A stretch of 64,000 nucleotides of DNA from an uncultured Gammaproteobacteria bacterium (lineage in GTDB: Bacteria > Patescibacteriota > Patescibacteriia > UBA9934 > CAZDDW01). Below, one piece after another: positions 18,421-27,213 of this stretch (position 1 is its first letter; each line of letters starts with the position of its first letter). Where the stretch lies: NCBI GenBank assembly GCA_964504365.1, contig CAZDDW010000004.1, positions 14,214-78,213 of the forward strand, given 5' to 3'. Both the position numbers and the translations under genes were made by a program. The notes under the pieces were generated by a model. The model made no database searches. It was not told where the DNA came from and saw only the letters and a list, made by a program, of their open reading frames with translations.

Positions 18421-19140
18421 ATGAGTGACGCTAAAGAAGGTGTACAAACAGAAATAGGCCCAGCCACTTCTGAATCTAAGGATGCAGGCAATGAGACCGT
18501 TGTCACACCCGAAAGCCCCTCTCAGGCCTTTGAAAATATATCTGAGGCTGAACACCATCTAATGGCCGCAACCAATACATGCAGAGAGTTTGCAGACAAG
18601 GGCCAACATGGATTGGGCTCGCTTGAAAATGTACTTAGTTTTGGAAATGATATGACTGGTGAAATAGTCTTCAGATTTCAGCAAGAACTATCACAAGAGG
18701 TAGGACCAAGACAAATACAGCTTCGCCAAGATCTTGACCAACTAGAAAACATGCACCGTGACACCATGTCAGAAATTAGTGAAGCAATACAAAATATTAA
18801 TGAAACCAATGAATCCGAGGCCGTTGTACAACTAAAAAATAGACTGGGACAGAGAAAAGAAGAGGTGTCACAAGCCTTAGATTCATCTCGTGCTTTGCGT
18901 CTTGAAATTGCCCGAGCCTTTGAAAACAACACAAATCAAGCCATGTTCAAATTACAGGAAGGCGAGCAAAAGTTTGGAGACATGAGCGGTACCATGCTTT
19001 CAGAATTTGCAAATATCTCCAGAAGGCTTTCATCCGAGATGGCAGAAGACAATGTTAAAATTAGCGGCCTCAATGAAGCTTTTCGACGTGAATTAGAAGA
19101 AAAATTATCAAGACTAGAAGCAGCTCTTGGCTCCATCTAG
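18421..19140 (+). CDS. hypothetical acidic coiled-coil protein
   Basis: ORF directly after PBP gene (ORF-track start 18409 overlaps PBP stop; ATG 18421 used); no recognisable domain. Confidence 0.4.
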   Translation: MSDAKEGVQTEIGPATSESKDAGNETVVTPESPSQAFENISEAEHHLMAATNTCREFADKGQHGLGSLENVLSFGNDMTGEIVFRFQQELSQEVGPRQIQLRQDLDQLENMHRDTMSEISEAIQNINETNESEAVVQLKNRLGQRKEEVSQALDSSRALRLEIARAFENNTNQAMFKLQEGEQKFGDMSGTMLSEFANISRRLSSEMAEDNVKISGLNEAFRRELEEKLSRLEAALGSI

Positions 19141-19154
19141 ATTTATACGACAAT

Positions 19155-19192
19155 AAAACCGACACGCATGAAACGTGTCGGTTTTTTAATTT
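19155..19192. terminator. bidirectional intrinsic terminator between convergent hypothetical gene and dnaN
   Basis: aaaACCGACACGcatgaaaCGTGTCGGTtttttaattt. Confidence 0.65.
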
Positions 19193-19204
19193 ACAGTCCA
19201 GAAT

Positions 19205-20344
19205 TTATTGCTTGATCGGCATGACTATATACTGATAACCCTCAACATCTTTTGGACTAACCAAGCACGGATTTGATCCATCAATTGATCGGAACAAAAC
19301 CTGATCCGTAGACATGGCATTCAAACCATCTAAGAAATATCGATAATTAACTGTTATCGTGTTTTCATTTCCAGTTACATCAGCACTACAGTTTGCTGTA
19401 TTTTCACCACGTGTCGCATCAACCGCAGTGACCACCAGCTGTTTACCAGCAGGATCAACTCGCAAGGTCACATCAAACAAACCGGTTCGTGAGAACAAAC
19501 TTGCTGTCTTTACAGACTTAATCAGATCAGCTCGATTTAATACAGCTTCTGATTGAAAATCTTTTGGGATGATCTGAGCGTAGTCTGGATATTCACCTTC
19601 GATTGTTCGAGAAGTTAGTTCTACTGACCCAAAAGTAAAGACCACTTGATTATCAGTTAGCTGGATCTGCACTGTATCTGGTGACTCCACCCCATCTTTA
19701 AACAACGATAATGTTCTAGCAACCTCTCCTAGTGCCCGAGCTGGAATAATCACATCAAACGGCTCTTCGGCTGAGCCCTGACCTAAAGTAACAGTACTCT
19801 CGGCTAATCGATAACTATCTGTTGCCGCTAAAGTTAAATTATTCTTTCCAGCAGCTGGATTATGGAACCTCATAGAAACACCAGCAAGCTCAGGGCGTGA
19901 CTCGTTGCTAGCAACCGCAAATAAAACCTGGCTCAGGGCCATACGGAGAGCCTCAGCAGGCACTGAGTATGAACGACCTCCTGAAACTGGGGGTACCAAA
20001 GGGAACTCTGAAGCAGCCATTCCTTTTATTTTGGTTTTGTTTCCTCCACACTCAATTTGCAATACATCCCCCTCAATCAATAATTCAACATTCTCGTTAG
20101 GTAGCAGGGCCACATAATCAAAGAATAATTTTGATGGTATTGTAAATTCCCCCTCTTCTTCCACTTTTCCTCGCACCAGACAAGAGGTGGCTGTTTCTAG
20201 GTTCGTGGTTGTCATTCTCATTGAACCACCTTCTGTCTTCATCAGAACATTGTTTAATATTGGAAGGTTTACATTCTTACCAGCCAGGCTACTTGTGATG
20301 GCTAATCCTTGGTGCAAGTTATCTCGTGTACAGGATAGTTTCAT
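19205..20344 (-). CDS. dnaN: DNA polymerase III beta subunit (sliding clamp)
   Basis: MKLSCTRDNLHQGLAITSSLAGKNVNLPILNNVLMKTEGG... three-domain clamp length 379 aa; immediately downstream of dnaA. Confidence 0.9.
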   Translation of the reverse strand: MKLSCTRDNLHQGLAITSSLAGKNVNLPILNNVLMKTEGGSMRMTTTNLETATSCLVRGKVEEEGEFTIPSKLFFDYVALLPNENVELLIEGDVLQIECGGNKTKIKGMAASEFPLVPPVSGGRSYSVPAEALRMALSQVLFAVASNESRPELAGVSMRFHNPAAGKNNLTLAATDSYRLAESTVTLGQGSAEEPFDVIIPARALGEVARTLSLFKDGVESPDTVQIQLTDNQVVFTFGSVELTSRTIEGEYPDYAQIIPKDFQSEAVLNRADLIKSVKTASLFSRTGLFDVTLRVDPAGKQLVVTAVDATRGENTANCSADVTGNENTITVNYRYFLDGLNAMSTDQVLFRSIDGSNPCLVSPKDVEGYQYIVMPIKQ

Positions 20345-20599
20345 AGTTAGTAAGTAATTTATATATTTTTATAGTTGTAATAGTAGGGCCTGTGGACGGA
20401 GTTGATAAGTCGGAAAAAAGGCTCAAGTAATAGACGAATTATAAGTGGTCAATGTGGGTTACTTGTTTTTCAAACATGGTGAAATCTGTGTATGAATTTT
20501 GGGTGATATTTTTTGATAATATTATTGACATTGTTCCCTCTTTTTTCACACAACCCTATCCCCTGCCCATCATTCACTTACACACATTCTTTCGACAAT
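20345..20599. promoter_or_regulatory. dnaA-dnaN intergenic region with AT-rich stretch and degenerate DnaA-box-like 9-mers (possible second oriC half / DUE)
   Basis: taatttatatatttttatagttgtaatag AT tract; cctGTGGAcgg, gTTGATAAg, TTATaAgtg. Confidence 0.35.
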
Positions 20600-21970
20600 C
20601 TATGCAGCGTACAAACGTTGTTTGATCAGTTCCAGATCATGTTGTAACTTTTCATCTTCAGTAAGAATGTTAGAAATTTTGTCGTAAGCATGCATGGCTG
20701 TTGTATGATCACGTCCACCAAGCTCCTGTCCGATCTGCGGATAAGAACTCTTCATTTCTTCACGCATGATATACATAATAATCTGTCGTGGAAAAGCCAG
20801 TCTTTTTTCTCGACTCTTGCTAAGCACCTCATCAATAGCAATGTCATAATATGCAGCCACGGTTTGTATCAGTTGTTTTGGGGTAACGTTCTTACGATTC
20901 CGTGATGGTTGGAAACTAGCCAACATTGGTTTTACTGTTTCAATTGTTGGATCAATATTTTTGAACTGATGGAAAGCAATGATTTTATTTAAGGCACCCT
21001 CAAGCTCTCGGATATTTGACTGAACAACCGTGGCCATGTGGTGCAGAATTTCTCTGTCTAATAAATAGCTTTTATCTCTACTTTTAGCCTCAAGAATAGC
21101 AATTCTTGTTTCAAAATCAGGGGTTCCAATGTCAGTCATCATGCCCCACTCAAAACGTGACAATAAACGATTCTCAAGTGCAGGAATAGCTTTTGGCGGA
21201 CGATCTGAGGAAAGAACAATTTGCTTGTTTTCTTGGTGCAGGGCATTAAAGGTATGAAAGAATTCTTCCTGTGTTCCCTCTTTTCCAGTAAGAAACTGAA
21301 TGTCATCAACTAAAAGAATGTCTACGTTTCGATAGACATCCTTAAATTCCTTGGCGTGTCCTGTGCGCACAGCGTGAATAAAATCATTAGTGAATTTTTC
21401 ACAGGTAACATACAAAACACGGGTATTTGGATTTTGTTTGACTCGCTGGTGTCCAATAGCTTGTAGTAGATGGGTTTTTCCAAGCCCTACCCCACCATAA
21501 ATAAAGAGAGGATTGTATACATCGCCTGGTTGAGCAGAAACAGCCTGGGCAGCAGCATGGGCCAATTCGTTTTGTTTTCCAACAACAAACGAACTAAAAA
21601 TGTATTTTGGATTTAAAGAGACATCTTCATTGTTTTTGGTTGATGTTCCTTCGTTATTATCAACAAAACTAACTGGTTCAAAGGTTTCTTCTTCACTTGG
21701 AATAACTTGCGGGGCAGATTGTCTAGTTTCAACACGATAGATTACGGCTTTGACAGGAGTGTTGGCTAGATTCTGTAAAGAAACAAGAATGTCTTTGTGA
21801 TATTTCTTTTCTAACCAGGCTTTGGTAAAAGTATTAGGGACACCGACGGCTATTTCACCACCGTCCAACGATACAATAAAAGTATTTTTAAACCAGGTAG
21901 TAAAATTTGCTTTGCTTAGCTTCAATTCAAGCTCTCCAAGAGCAGCTTGCCAAAGTTCGTCGGTGTTCAT
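20600..21970 (-). CDS. dnaA: chromosomal replication initiator protein DnaA
   Basis: Walker A GGVGLGKTHLL, AAA+ box, C-terminal DNA-binding domain ...ISNILTEDEKLQHDLELI; 456 aa. Confidence 0.95.
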   Translation of the reverse strand: MNTDELWQAALGELELKLSKANFTTWFKNTFIVSLDGGEIAVGVPNTFTKAWLEKKYHKDILVSLQNLANTPVKAVIYRVETRQSAPQVIPSEEETFEPVSFVDNNEGTSTKNNEDVSLNPKYIFSSFVVGKQNELAHAAAQAVSAQPGDVYNPLFIYGGVGLGKTHLLQAIGHQRVKQNPNTRVLYVTCEKFTNDFIHAVRTGHAKEFKDVYRNVDILLVDDIQFLTGKEGTQEEFFHTFNALHQENKQIVLSSDRPPKAIPALENRLLSRFEWGMMTDIGTPDFETRIAILEAKSRDKSYLLDREILHHMATVVQSNIRELEGALNKIIAFHQFKNIDPTIETVKPMLASFQPSRNRKNVTPKQLIQTVAAYYDIAIDEVLSKSREKRLAFPRQIIMYIMREEMKSSYPQIGQELGGRDHTTAMHAYDKISNILTEDEKLQHDLELIKQRLYAA

Positions 21971-22151
21971 AATATTTTTGTTTTAATTCATTTTTCTATC
22001 TCAGTCACTATATACTAAATATCCACATGTGGGCAAGTGGGTGGATAGTGGGAATTTAGGTTGATTTTTTGGGGATAGTGTGTGTATAATGGGGCTCATT
22101 ACCTGATGGGTATGGCCAATCACTTTCATAAGAGCTAAAATATAGACACCT
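21971..22151. promoter_or_regulatory. putative oriC / dnaA promoter region with convergent DnaA-box-like motifs
   Basis: atATCCACA (22019-22027) and gGGTGGATAg (rc cTATCCACC, 22041-22050), ggGGATAGtg (22071-22080) between divergent dnaA and rpmH. Confidence 0.55.
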
Positions 22152-22307
22152 ATGCCAAAGAGAACATATCAACCTAAGAAGAGACGCAGTGTAAAGGTGC
22201 ACGGATTTCGTAAAAGAATGTCGACTAAAAGTGGACAAAATGTCATTAAGAGTCGTCGTGCTAAAGGACGAAAAAAACTCACTGTTTCCTTAAAAGGTAA
22301 AAAATAA
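22152..22307 (+). CDS. rpmH: 50S ribosomal protein L34 (not in ORF track: 51 aa)
   Basis: translation [51 protein letters not shown] matches L34 consensus; immediately upstream of rnpA. Confidence 0.85.
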   Translation: MPKRTYQPKKRRSVKVHGFRKRMSTKSGQNVIKSRRAKGRKKLTVSLKGKK

Positions 22308-22318
22308 GCCCAGGAGCT

Positions 22319-22660
22319 ATGCTCCCTCGTGAAAATAGGCTAAAAAGAGATAAAGATTTCCAGGCCCTGTTCAAAAAAGGACAGGGCACTTTTGGTTCTG
22401 TTTGTGGGGCTAAATGGCAAAAAAATGGCTTAGATAAGGTTCGAATTGCCGTTGTGGTTGGAACCAAAGTGTCAAAGAAGGCCGTGGCTCGCAATCGGTT
22501 GCGTCGGCAGATTCGGGAGGTTATTAGGCTTAAACTAGACCAATTTAAGCCCGGCTATGATTTAGTGATAATTGTTAATAAGCAGGCCTTGGATAAAAAG
22601 CAAGAAGAACTAGCCAAAGAAACGCTAAAGTTACTTAAAAAGACCCCTGTTTTTAAGTAA
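22319..22660 (+). CDS. rnpA: ribonuclease P protein component
   Basis: MLPRENRLKRDKDFQALFKKG... basic 113-aa protein with RNR-like motif region, canonical position after rpmH. Confidence 0.9.
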   Translation: MLPRENRLKRDKDFQALFKKGQGTFGSVCGAKWQKNGLDKVRIAVVVGTKVSKKAVARNRLRRQIREVIRLKLDQFKPGYDLVIIVNKQALDKKQEELAKETLKLLKKTPVFK

Positions 22661-22661
22661 T

Positions 22662-22928
22662 ATGTTTAAGCTTATTCCCCGGTTAGGGGTGTTAATTGCC
22701 ATTAGGATTTATCAAAGGACAATATCTTTGGATCACGGATTTCCAAAACACCTGTTCCCTAACGGATATTGTCAGTTTCATCCAACTTGCTCAGAATACG
22801 GATATCAAGCGATTGATCAACATGGAATTATCAAAGGGGGCTGGTTAACTGCTTGGCGAGTAATTAGATGCAATCCCTGGTCTCACGGAGGAATTGATCA
22901 GGTGCCAAACAAAAAAACACGCCCGTAG
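22662..22928 (+). CDS. yidD: membrane protein insertion efficiency factor YidD
   Basis: conserved CxFxPTCSxYxxxAI and NPWxxGGxD motifs (CQFHPTCSEYGYQAI...RCNPWSHGGIDQVP). Confidence 0.85.
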   Translation: MFKLIPRLGVLIAIRIYQRTISLDHGFPKHLFPNGYCQFHPTCSEYGYQAIDQHGIIKGGWLTAWRVIRCNPWSHGGIDQVPNKKTRP

Positions 22929-22938
22929 GCGCGATTTT

Positions 22939-23046
22939 TTATTTTGTGCAGGTGCATTTGCACTCTTTGCAGTCTGAGCACTGAGTACAGTCACACTCAC
23001 CGTCTTTGCACTCAGGACAAACATCCTTACCTTCACAACATCCCAT
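22939..23046 (-). CDS. putative 35-aa cysteine-rich (metallothionein-like) peptide, unannotated small ORF
   Basis: ATG 18 nt downstream of yggU stop, same strand; translation MGCCEGKDVCPECKDGECDCTQCSDCKECKCTCTK (11 Cys/35 aa); followed by hairpin + T-tract shared with yidD. Confidence 0.4.
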   Translation of the reverse strand: MGCCEGKDVCPECKDGECDCTQCSDCKECKCTCTK

Positions 23047-23063
23047 AGAACAATTTTCAATTG

Positions 23064-23327
23064 TTAATTATCAATTTTTAAAATATCACGGACTTGGTCT
23101 TCGGGCAGGTCAATTTTTATTTGTTTGACTCGGCCGGTTAGGCCCCTGTTAATTTGAATCAACGTTTTGGCCACTCCAAGCTTTTTGGACAGAAAGTCGA
23201 TTATGGTTTTGTTGGCCCTTCCTTCTGTTGCTGGTGCAGCAATTCTCATTTTTAGATTAGTTTTATCAATCCACTTAACAATTTTATTCTGTTTGGCATT
23301 CGGTTGTACATGAACAGTTATTGTCAT
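23064..23327 (-). CDS. DUF167/YggU-family protein
   Basis: 87 aa; ...KIVKWIDKTNLKMRIAAPATEGRANKTIIDFLSKKLGV... matches UPF0235 (YggU) pattern. Confidence 0.7.
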   Translation of the reverse strand: MTITVHVQPNAKQNKIVKWIDKTNLKMRIAAPATEGRANKTIIDFLSKKLGVAKTLIQINRGLTGRVKQIKIDLPEDQVRDILKIDN

Positions 23328-24160
23328 ACACGGAGGCCTTTTAATGCCTTCAGGTCCTTGGTAATTTTCCCGGCGGCATGCGGGGTTTCCAGGATCATGT
23401 CAATGTTCTTTAATTTTGGATGTTTGACAATGGCCTTGAATCCTTTTCTACCAATTTTTCCTTTACCAATATTTTCGTGACGATCCTTGTGAGAACCAAG
23501 ATCAGACATTGAATCGTTGGCATGGATTACTACCAAGTGTTTGAGACCAACTATTTTAGCAAACTCTTTTAAAGTTTTATCAACCGAAGCTTTGTCACGC
23601 AGATCATATCCAGACGCAAAGGAGTGCTGGGTGTCCAGACAAACTCCAATTTCCTTGCCTCGCTTTGCGCCCTTAATAAAAGTTGCAATCTCTTCGAATG
23701 TATCGCCCATAACCATACCAGCGCCAGCAGAGTTTTCAATTAGGAGCTGAGTAGATCCAGAGTAGCCATTCATAATTTTGTTTAGACCCTCAATAACAAA
23801 AGCCTCGGCCTGCTCTTGGTTAACATCGCGAGCGCTGCCGATATGAAACATTAGGGCCTTGGCTCCAAGCAAACTGGCTCGTTCCAAGTCCTCACGAACC
23901 ACTCGGGCTGTAGAAGAACGAATCGATTTTTTTGAAGAGGCCAGATTTAAATAATATGGCGCGTGTACATAAACACGAGCCATATTATTTTTTTTCTTTT
24001 CTTGTTTAAATTTAGCCAAGATTTCATCAGTCAGCTTTGATGCCGGTCCGCCCTGTGGTGAACGAGTGAAGATTTGGAAAACCTCGCAACCAATCTCAGC
24101 CGCGTTAGCTGGGGCATTGAACACCCCACCAGCAATTGATACGTGAGCTCCAAATAACAT
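23324..24160 (-). CDS. nfo: endonuclease IV (AP endonuclease family 2)
   Basis: MLFGAHVSIAGG...; His/Asp/Glu metal-ligand pattern of the xylose-isomerase-like TIM barrel (HAPYYLNLAS, VIHANDS). Confidence 0.9.
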   Translation of the reverse strand: MLFGAHVSIAGGVFNAPANAAEIGCEVFQIFTRSPQGGPASKLTDEILAKFKQEKKKNNMARVYVHAPYYLNLASSKKSIRSSTARVVREDLERASLLGAKALMFHIGSARDVNQEQAEAFVIEGLNKIMNGYSGSTQLLIENSAGAGMVMGDTFEEIATFIKGAKRGKEIGVCLDTQHSFASGYDLRDKASVDKTLKEFAKIVGLKHLVVIHANDSMSDLGSHKDRHENIGKGKIGRKGFKAIVKHPKLKNIDMILETPHAAGKITKDLKALKGLRV

Positions 24161-24164
24161 GACT

Positions 24165-25454
24165 TTATTTTACCATGGTCTGTCGTAGAAGGTCGATTAC
24201 CTTTCGGTTTTTAAGCATTACCTCGATATATTCTCGGTTTGCAGGAGAGTAAATATTTTTCTTGGCCTCCTCGTCTTCGTACTGTGAGGCCATCTTGTCT
24301 AATTCAGCATCTACCTCATCTGAGCTAGCGGCAACTCCTTCATCTTTGGCAATAGCCCGTATGACCAAAGCTACTTTAATTCGCAGAAGTGCTTCAGGAG
24401 TGAAATCTAGACGCAGATCACCAAGTGTTTTATTAATTGATTTTAGATAATCGTCAAACACCCCACCTTGATTCTCGACAGTGTGTTCTAGTTCGTGAAC
24501 CATTTTATGAACCTCTTCGTCAACTAATGAATCAGAGATTTCTTCAAATGTTGTTTTACTAGCAATTGTGTCCAGCATGCTGCGTTCCTGTCGTACACGC
24601 TCCTTCTGTTCACCTTCCTTTTCCATGTTGGCCTTTAGCATGTCCTTCATGGTTGCCAAATCCTTCATTCCCAAAGACTTGGCAAAGTCATCATCCATGG
24701 TTGGGCTTTCTAGGCGGTAGATTTCTTGAAGGGTAATTTCAAACTCTACGTCCTGTCCAGCTAAATGTTTTTGATAATGTGTTTCTGGAAATTTTAAAGT
24801 GAAAGTTTTTTTGTCTCCTTCTTTAAGTCCAATAATCTCATCACAGAATCCAGGGATGTAATGGTCCTCACAAAGGAAAATGGCATTTCCCTGTGCCTGG
24901 CCACCTTCTACTGGTACCCCTTCTTTTTTCATGTTCATATCAATCATGGCCTTGTCTTCTTTGGTGGCAACATGGCCTTTTTCCTCACGGATTTCCTTGG
25001 TCTGCATTTTACCTAGTCCTTCCAAAGCCTGATCTAAATCTTTATCAGCCACCTCAACTTTTTTGGATTCAACAGTCAGTGTTTTCCAATCAGCAAGCTT
25101 TGTGATTTTTGGCATCAAGGCCACCTCAACTGTATATTCTAGATCATTATCCGGAGCCATTTTTTCAACTTTGATTGCTGGCTCACCTGCGGTTTCCAAC
25201 TTTTCATTAGTCACTGCCTCGATATAACTTTTGCGAACAATTCCGTCCAAGGCTGCTTCGTAAATTTTCATTTCGCCAACACGATTCTTAACAACATCAT
25301 AAGGGGCCTTTCCGGCACGAAATCCCTCGATTGAGCTTTGTTCAGATAGTTCTTGGGCGGCTCGTTCAAGCTCAGGTCGCATTTCTTCAACCGGAACAGT
25401 GATGGTTAGTTTAACCGTGTTTTTAGGTAAATTTTCAAGTTTTACTTCAGACAT
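24165..25454 (-). CDS. tig: trigger factor
   Basis: N-terminal ribosome-binding region with GFRAGKAPY (GFRxGxxP signature); central PPIase-like and C-terminal domains; 429 aa. Confidence 0.9.
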   Translation of the reverse strand: MSEVKLENLPKNTVKLTITVPVEEMRPELERAAQELSEQSSIEGFRAGKAPYDVVKNRVGEMKIYEAALDGIVRKSYIEAVTNEKLETAGEPAIKVEKMAPDNDLEYTVEVALMPKITKLADWKTLTVESKKVEVADKDLDQALEGLGKMQTKEIREEKGHVATKEDKAMIDMNMKKEGVPVEGGQAQGNAIFLCEDHYIPGFCDEIIGLKEGDKKTFTLKFPETHYQKHLAGQDVEFEITLQEIYRLESPTMDDDFAKSLGMKDLATMKDMLKANMEKEGEQKERVRQERSMLDTIASKTTFEEISDSLVDEEVHKMVHELEHTVENQGGVFDDYLKSINKTLGDLRLDFTPEALLRIKVALVIRAIAKDEGVAASSDEVDAELDKMASQYEDEEAKKNIYSPANREYIEVMLKNRKVIDLLRQTMVK

Positions 25455-25512
25455 AATAGGTTTAAAAAATTAGGTTATGGGCCGAGTTTAATGTAATTTT
25501 AGCAAGATGTCA
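25455..25512 (-). promoter_or_regulatory. promoter for tig: TTGACA-N17-TAAACT fused to upstream terminator T-tract
   Basis: minus strand ...tctttttaTTGACAtcttgctaaaattacatTAAACTcggcc...ATG. Confidence 0.5.
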
Positions 25513-25519
25513 ATAAAAA

Positions 25520-25545
25520 GACCCCTGATACAACAGTGTCAGGGG
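25520..25545 (-). terminator. intrinsic terminator after DGQHR gene (CCCCTGA/TCAGGGG stem + TCTTTTTATT)
   Basis: minus strand cccctcaCCCCTGAcactgttgtaTCAGGGGtctttttattgaca. Confidence 0.7.
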
Positions 25546-25559
25546 TGAGGGGTTGGAGG

Positions 25560-26732
25560 TCAGGGCACGAGAGAAGTGGCCTGCAAAGGCGGTTCTTCCG
25601 GCGTGGCCTGGTTGTCTTCCGGTTTGCTTTCGGGGTCGCCGGGGTAGGTCGCTTCCTCAGGGGCTGGTCGAGAAGAGACCTCGACCTTCCAGAGGTAGTC
25701 ATCCAGTCGCAGAGACAGTGTCCCTGGATTCACAGATGCTGGGTCAGCACGAGTGACCCACTGGAACTTCTTGCCCAAGCTAAGGACTCGCTCCATGTTT
25801 TCTCGGCTGTGATCACGTCCGATCATGCCTGAGAAACGCGGCTGTCGAGACAGCAGGACTAGCAACGTGTCGATTCCGAGGGGTCGGGCCAGCGGGTGTC
25901 CGTCTCGTGTCCAGAAGGCAGGCCAGACCGCAGCCGCGGCCACGAAGAAGTTGACGATGATCTCCACCTGCTCTTCGATCGAGTACCCATGCAAGGAGCT
26001 GGTCTTGCCAACCGCTTGCTTGATGTACTGGAACAAAGACATCAGGTTGTGCCTGTCTCTGGGAAGGCGTCCACGAGTTGCCTGGTCGAAGAAGATCTTG
26101 TTGAGCAGAGGGGAACGCGGGTCCCGGTTCAGCTCAAGAGCGGCCAGGTAGGCTGCTTTCTCAGCGCGATTCTTGAAGCGGTCCACACGGTGAGCCTGAG
26201 CCAGACGAAGTCGTGGGTCAAGCTTCTTGCGCTTGCCCTGCTGGCCGAAGATGGCGATCCGTTGCTTTACCGGCAGGTTCACTGTGGTGGTCACTGGAAA
26301 GGACCAACGACCACGCTGTTCACCATCGAGCATCTCACAGGCAGCCAGTCGATGCTGGCCGTCGTCCACGAGCATGCAGCAGGCGTCCATCAGTTTTTCC
26401 GGATCGTCCTCAACCATGCCGGTCAGGGTGTGGCGCACCTCGTCGTATTCCCAACTGTGAACATCGTCGCCAGAACGCACATCTCCAAGGATGGAATCGA
26501 GCATGACCCCGCCCTCTTCCTTTTCCATGTGCAAGGCAATGCCGATGGCGTGATTGTTGGTCAGAGCCCTGTTCACACCTTCCGGGTGTTCGCCAAAGCG
26601 CAGGACAACAGCGATCTTCATCAAGAGCTCAGCTGAGAGCACGAAGGTGTAAAGGACGGTCTCCTTCTGCATGAACCGAGTAACGTTTGGAATTTCCACT
26701 TTTTGAAGGGCCATGTTTCCTCCCAACAGCAC
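25560..26732 (-). CDS. DGQHR-motif (DndB-like) protein, GC-rich island 2
   Basis: motif LVDDGQHRLAA (the DGQHR signature of DndB/DpdB-like ParB-fold proteins); about 58% GC DNA; 390 aa with acidic/Pro-rich C-terminal tail. Confidence 0.7.
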   Translation of the reverse strand: MLLGGNMALQKVEIPNVTRFMQKETVLYTFVLSAELLMKIAVVLRFGEHPEGVNRALTNNHAIGIALHMEKEEGGVMLDSILGDVRSGDDVHSWEYDEVRHTLTGMVEDDPEKLMDACCMLVDDGQHRLAACEMLDGEQRGRWSFPVTTTVNLPVKQRIAIFGQQGKRKKLDPRLRLAQAHRVDRFKNRAEKAAYLAALELNRDPRSPLLNKIFFDQATRGRLPRDRHNLMSLFQYIKQAVGKTSSLHGYSIEEQVEIIVNFFVAAAAVWPAFWTRDGHPLARPLGIDTLLVLLSRQPRFSGMIGRDHSRENMERVLSLGKKFQWVTRADPASVNPGTLSLRLDDYLWKVEVSSRPAPEEATYPGDPESKPEDNQATPEEPPLQATSLVP

Positions 26733-26790
26733 CGGGCATCACCAGCGTGCCCACACTGAAGAGAATTAACTTAACAGAATAAGCTTATCC

Positions 26791-26830
26791 TGTCAAGTAA
26801 CTGTATAAAAAAAGACCCGAGATTCGGGTC
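26791..26830 (-). terminator. terminator hairpin GACCCGA/TCGGGTC + T7, followed by TTGACA-N17-TAAGTT promoter for the DGQHR gene
   Basis: minus strand ccacttGACCCGAatcTCGGGTCtttttttatacagttacTTGACAggataagcttattctgtTAAGTT. Confidence 0.55.
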
Positions 26831-27203
26831 AAGTGGAATTATCCTGTTGATCAAGGAACTGACGAAGACTGGCTTCATCAGAATGGTCTTGACGTAGCCG
26901 GTCAAGGAAGGAGCCCAGAGTATCGCCTTGCTTGGCGGTCTGTTGGTAAACTTCCAGTATACGAGGCAGGTGACGCTGCAAATCTCCAAGCGGCAGAAGC
27001 TTCTTGGGCTCTGGTTTGCCAACATCCAAAGCTCTTCGCACTTTGGCTGCGAGCCGCTTTTTTATCTCAGGCAGGCGGTCAAGGATTTCCAAAGTACTTT
27101 TGTCGTCCTTGTCCAGGAATTGGCAAAAGGTTCCAGGCTTTCCCGCATCTACCCAGTCTTCGAAAGATTGTTCGATGCGGGGTATGATCAGGTCAGCTAA
27201 CAA
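26829..27203 (-). CDS. hypothetical protein (124 aa), island 2
   Basis: GC-rich ORF, 11 nt downstream of previous ORF stop; no recognisable domain. Confidence 0.4.
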   Translation of the reverse strand: MLADLIIPRIEQSFEDWVDAGKPGTFCQFLDKDDKSTLEILDRLPEIKKRLAAKVRRALDVGKPEPKKLLPLGDLQRHLPRILEVYQQTAKQGDTLGSFLDRLRQDHSDEASLRQFLDQQDNST

Positions 27204-27213
27204 ATTCCACCTC

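Noticed and set aside
25896-26636. Plus-strand 246-aa ORF (and 26213-26506, 25825-26151) antisense to the DGQHR gene
   Set aside because: GC-rich shadow frames; the DGQHR motif and terminator/promoter context support the minus-strand gene.
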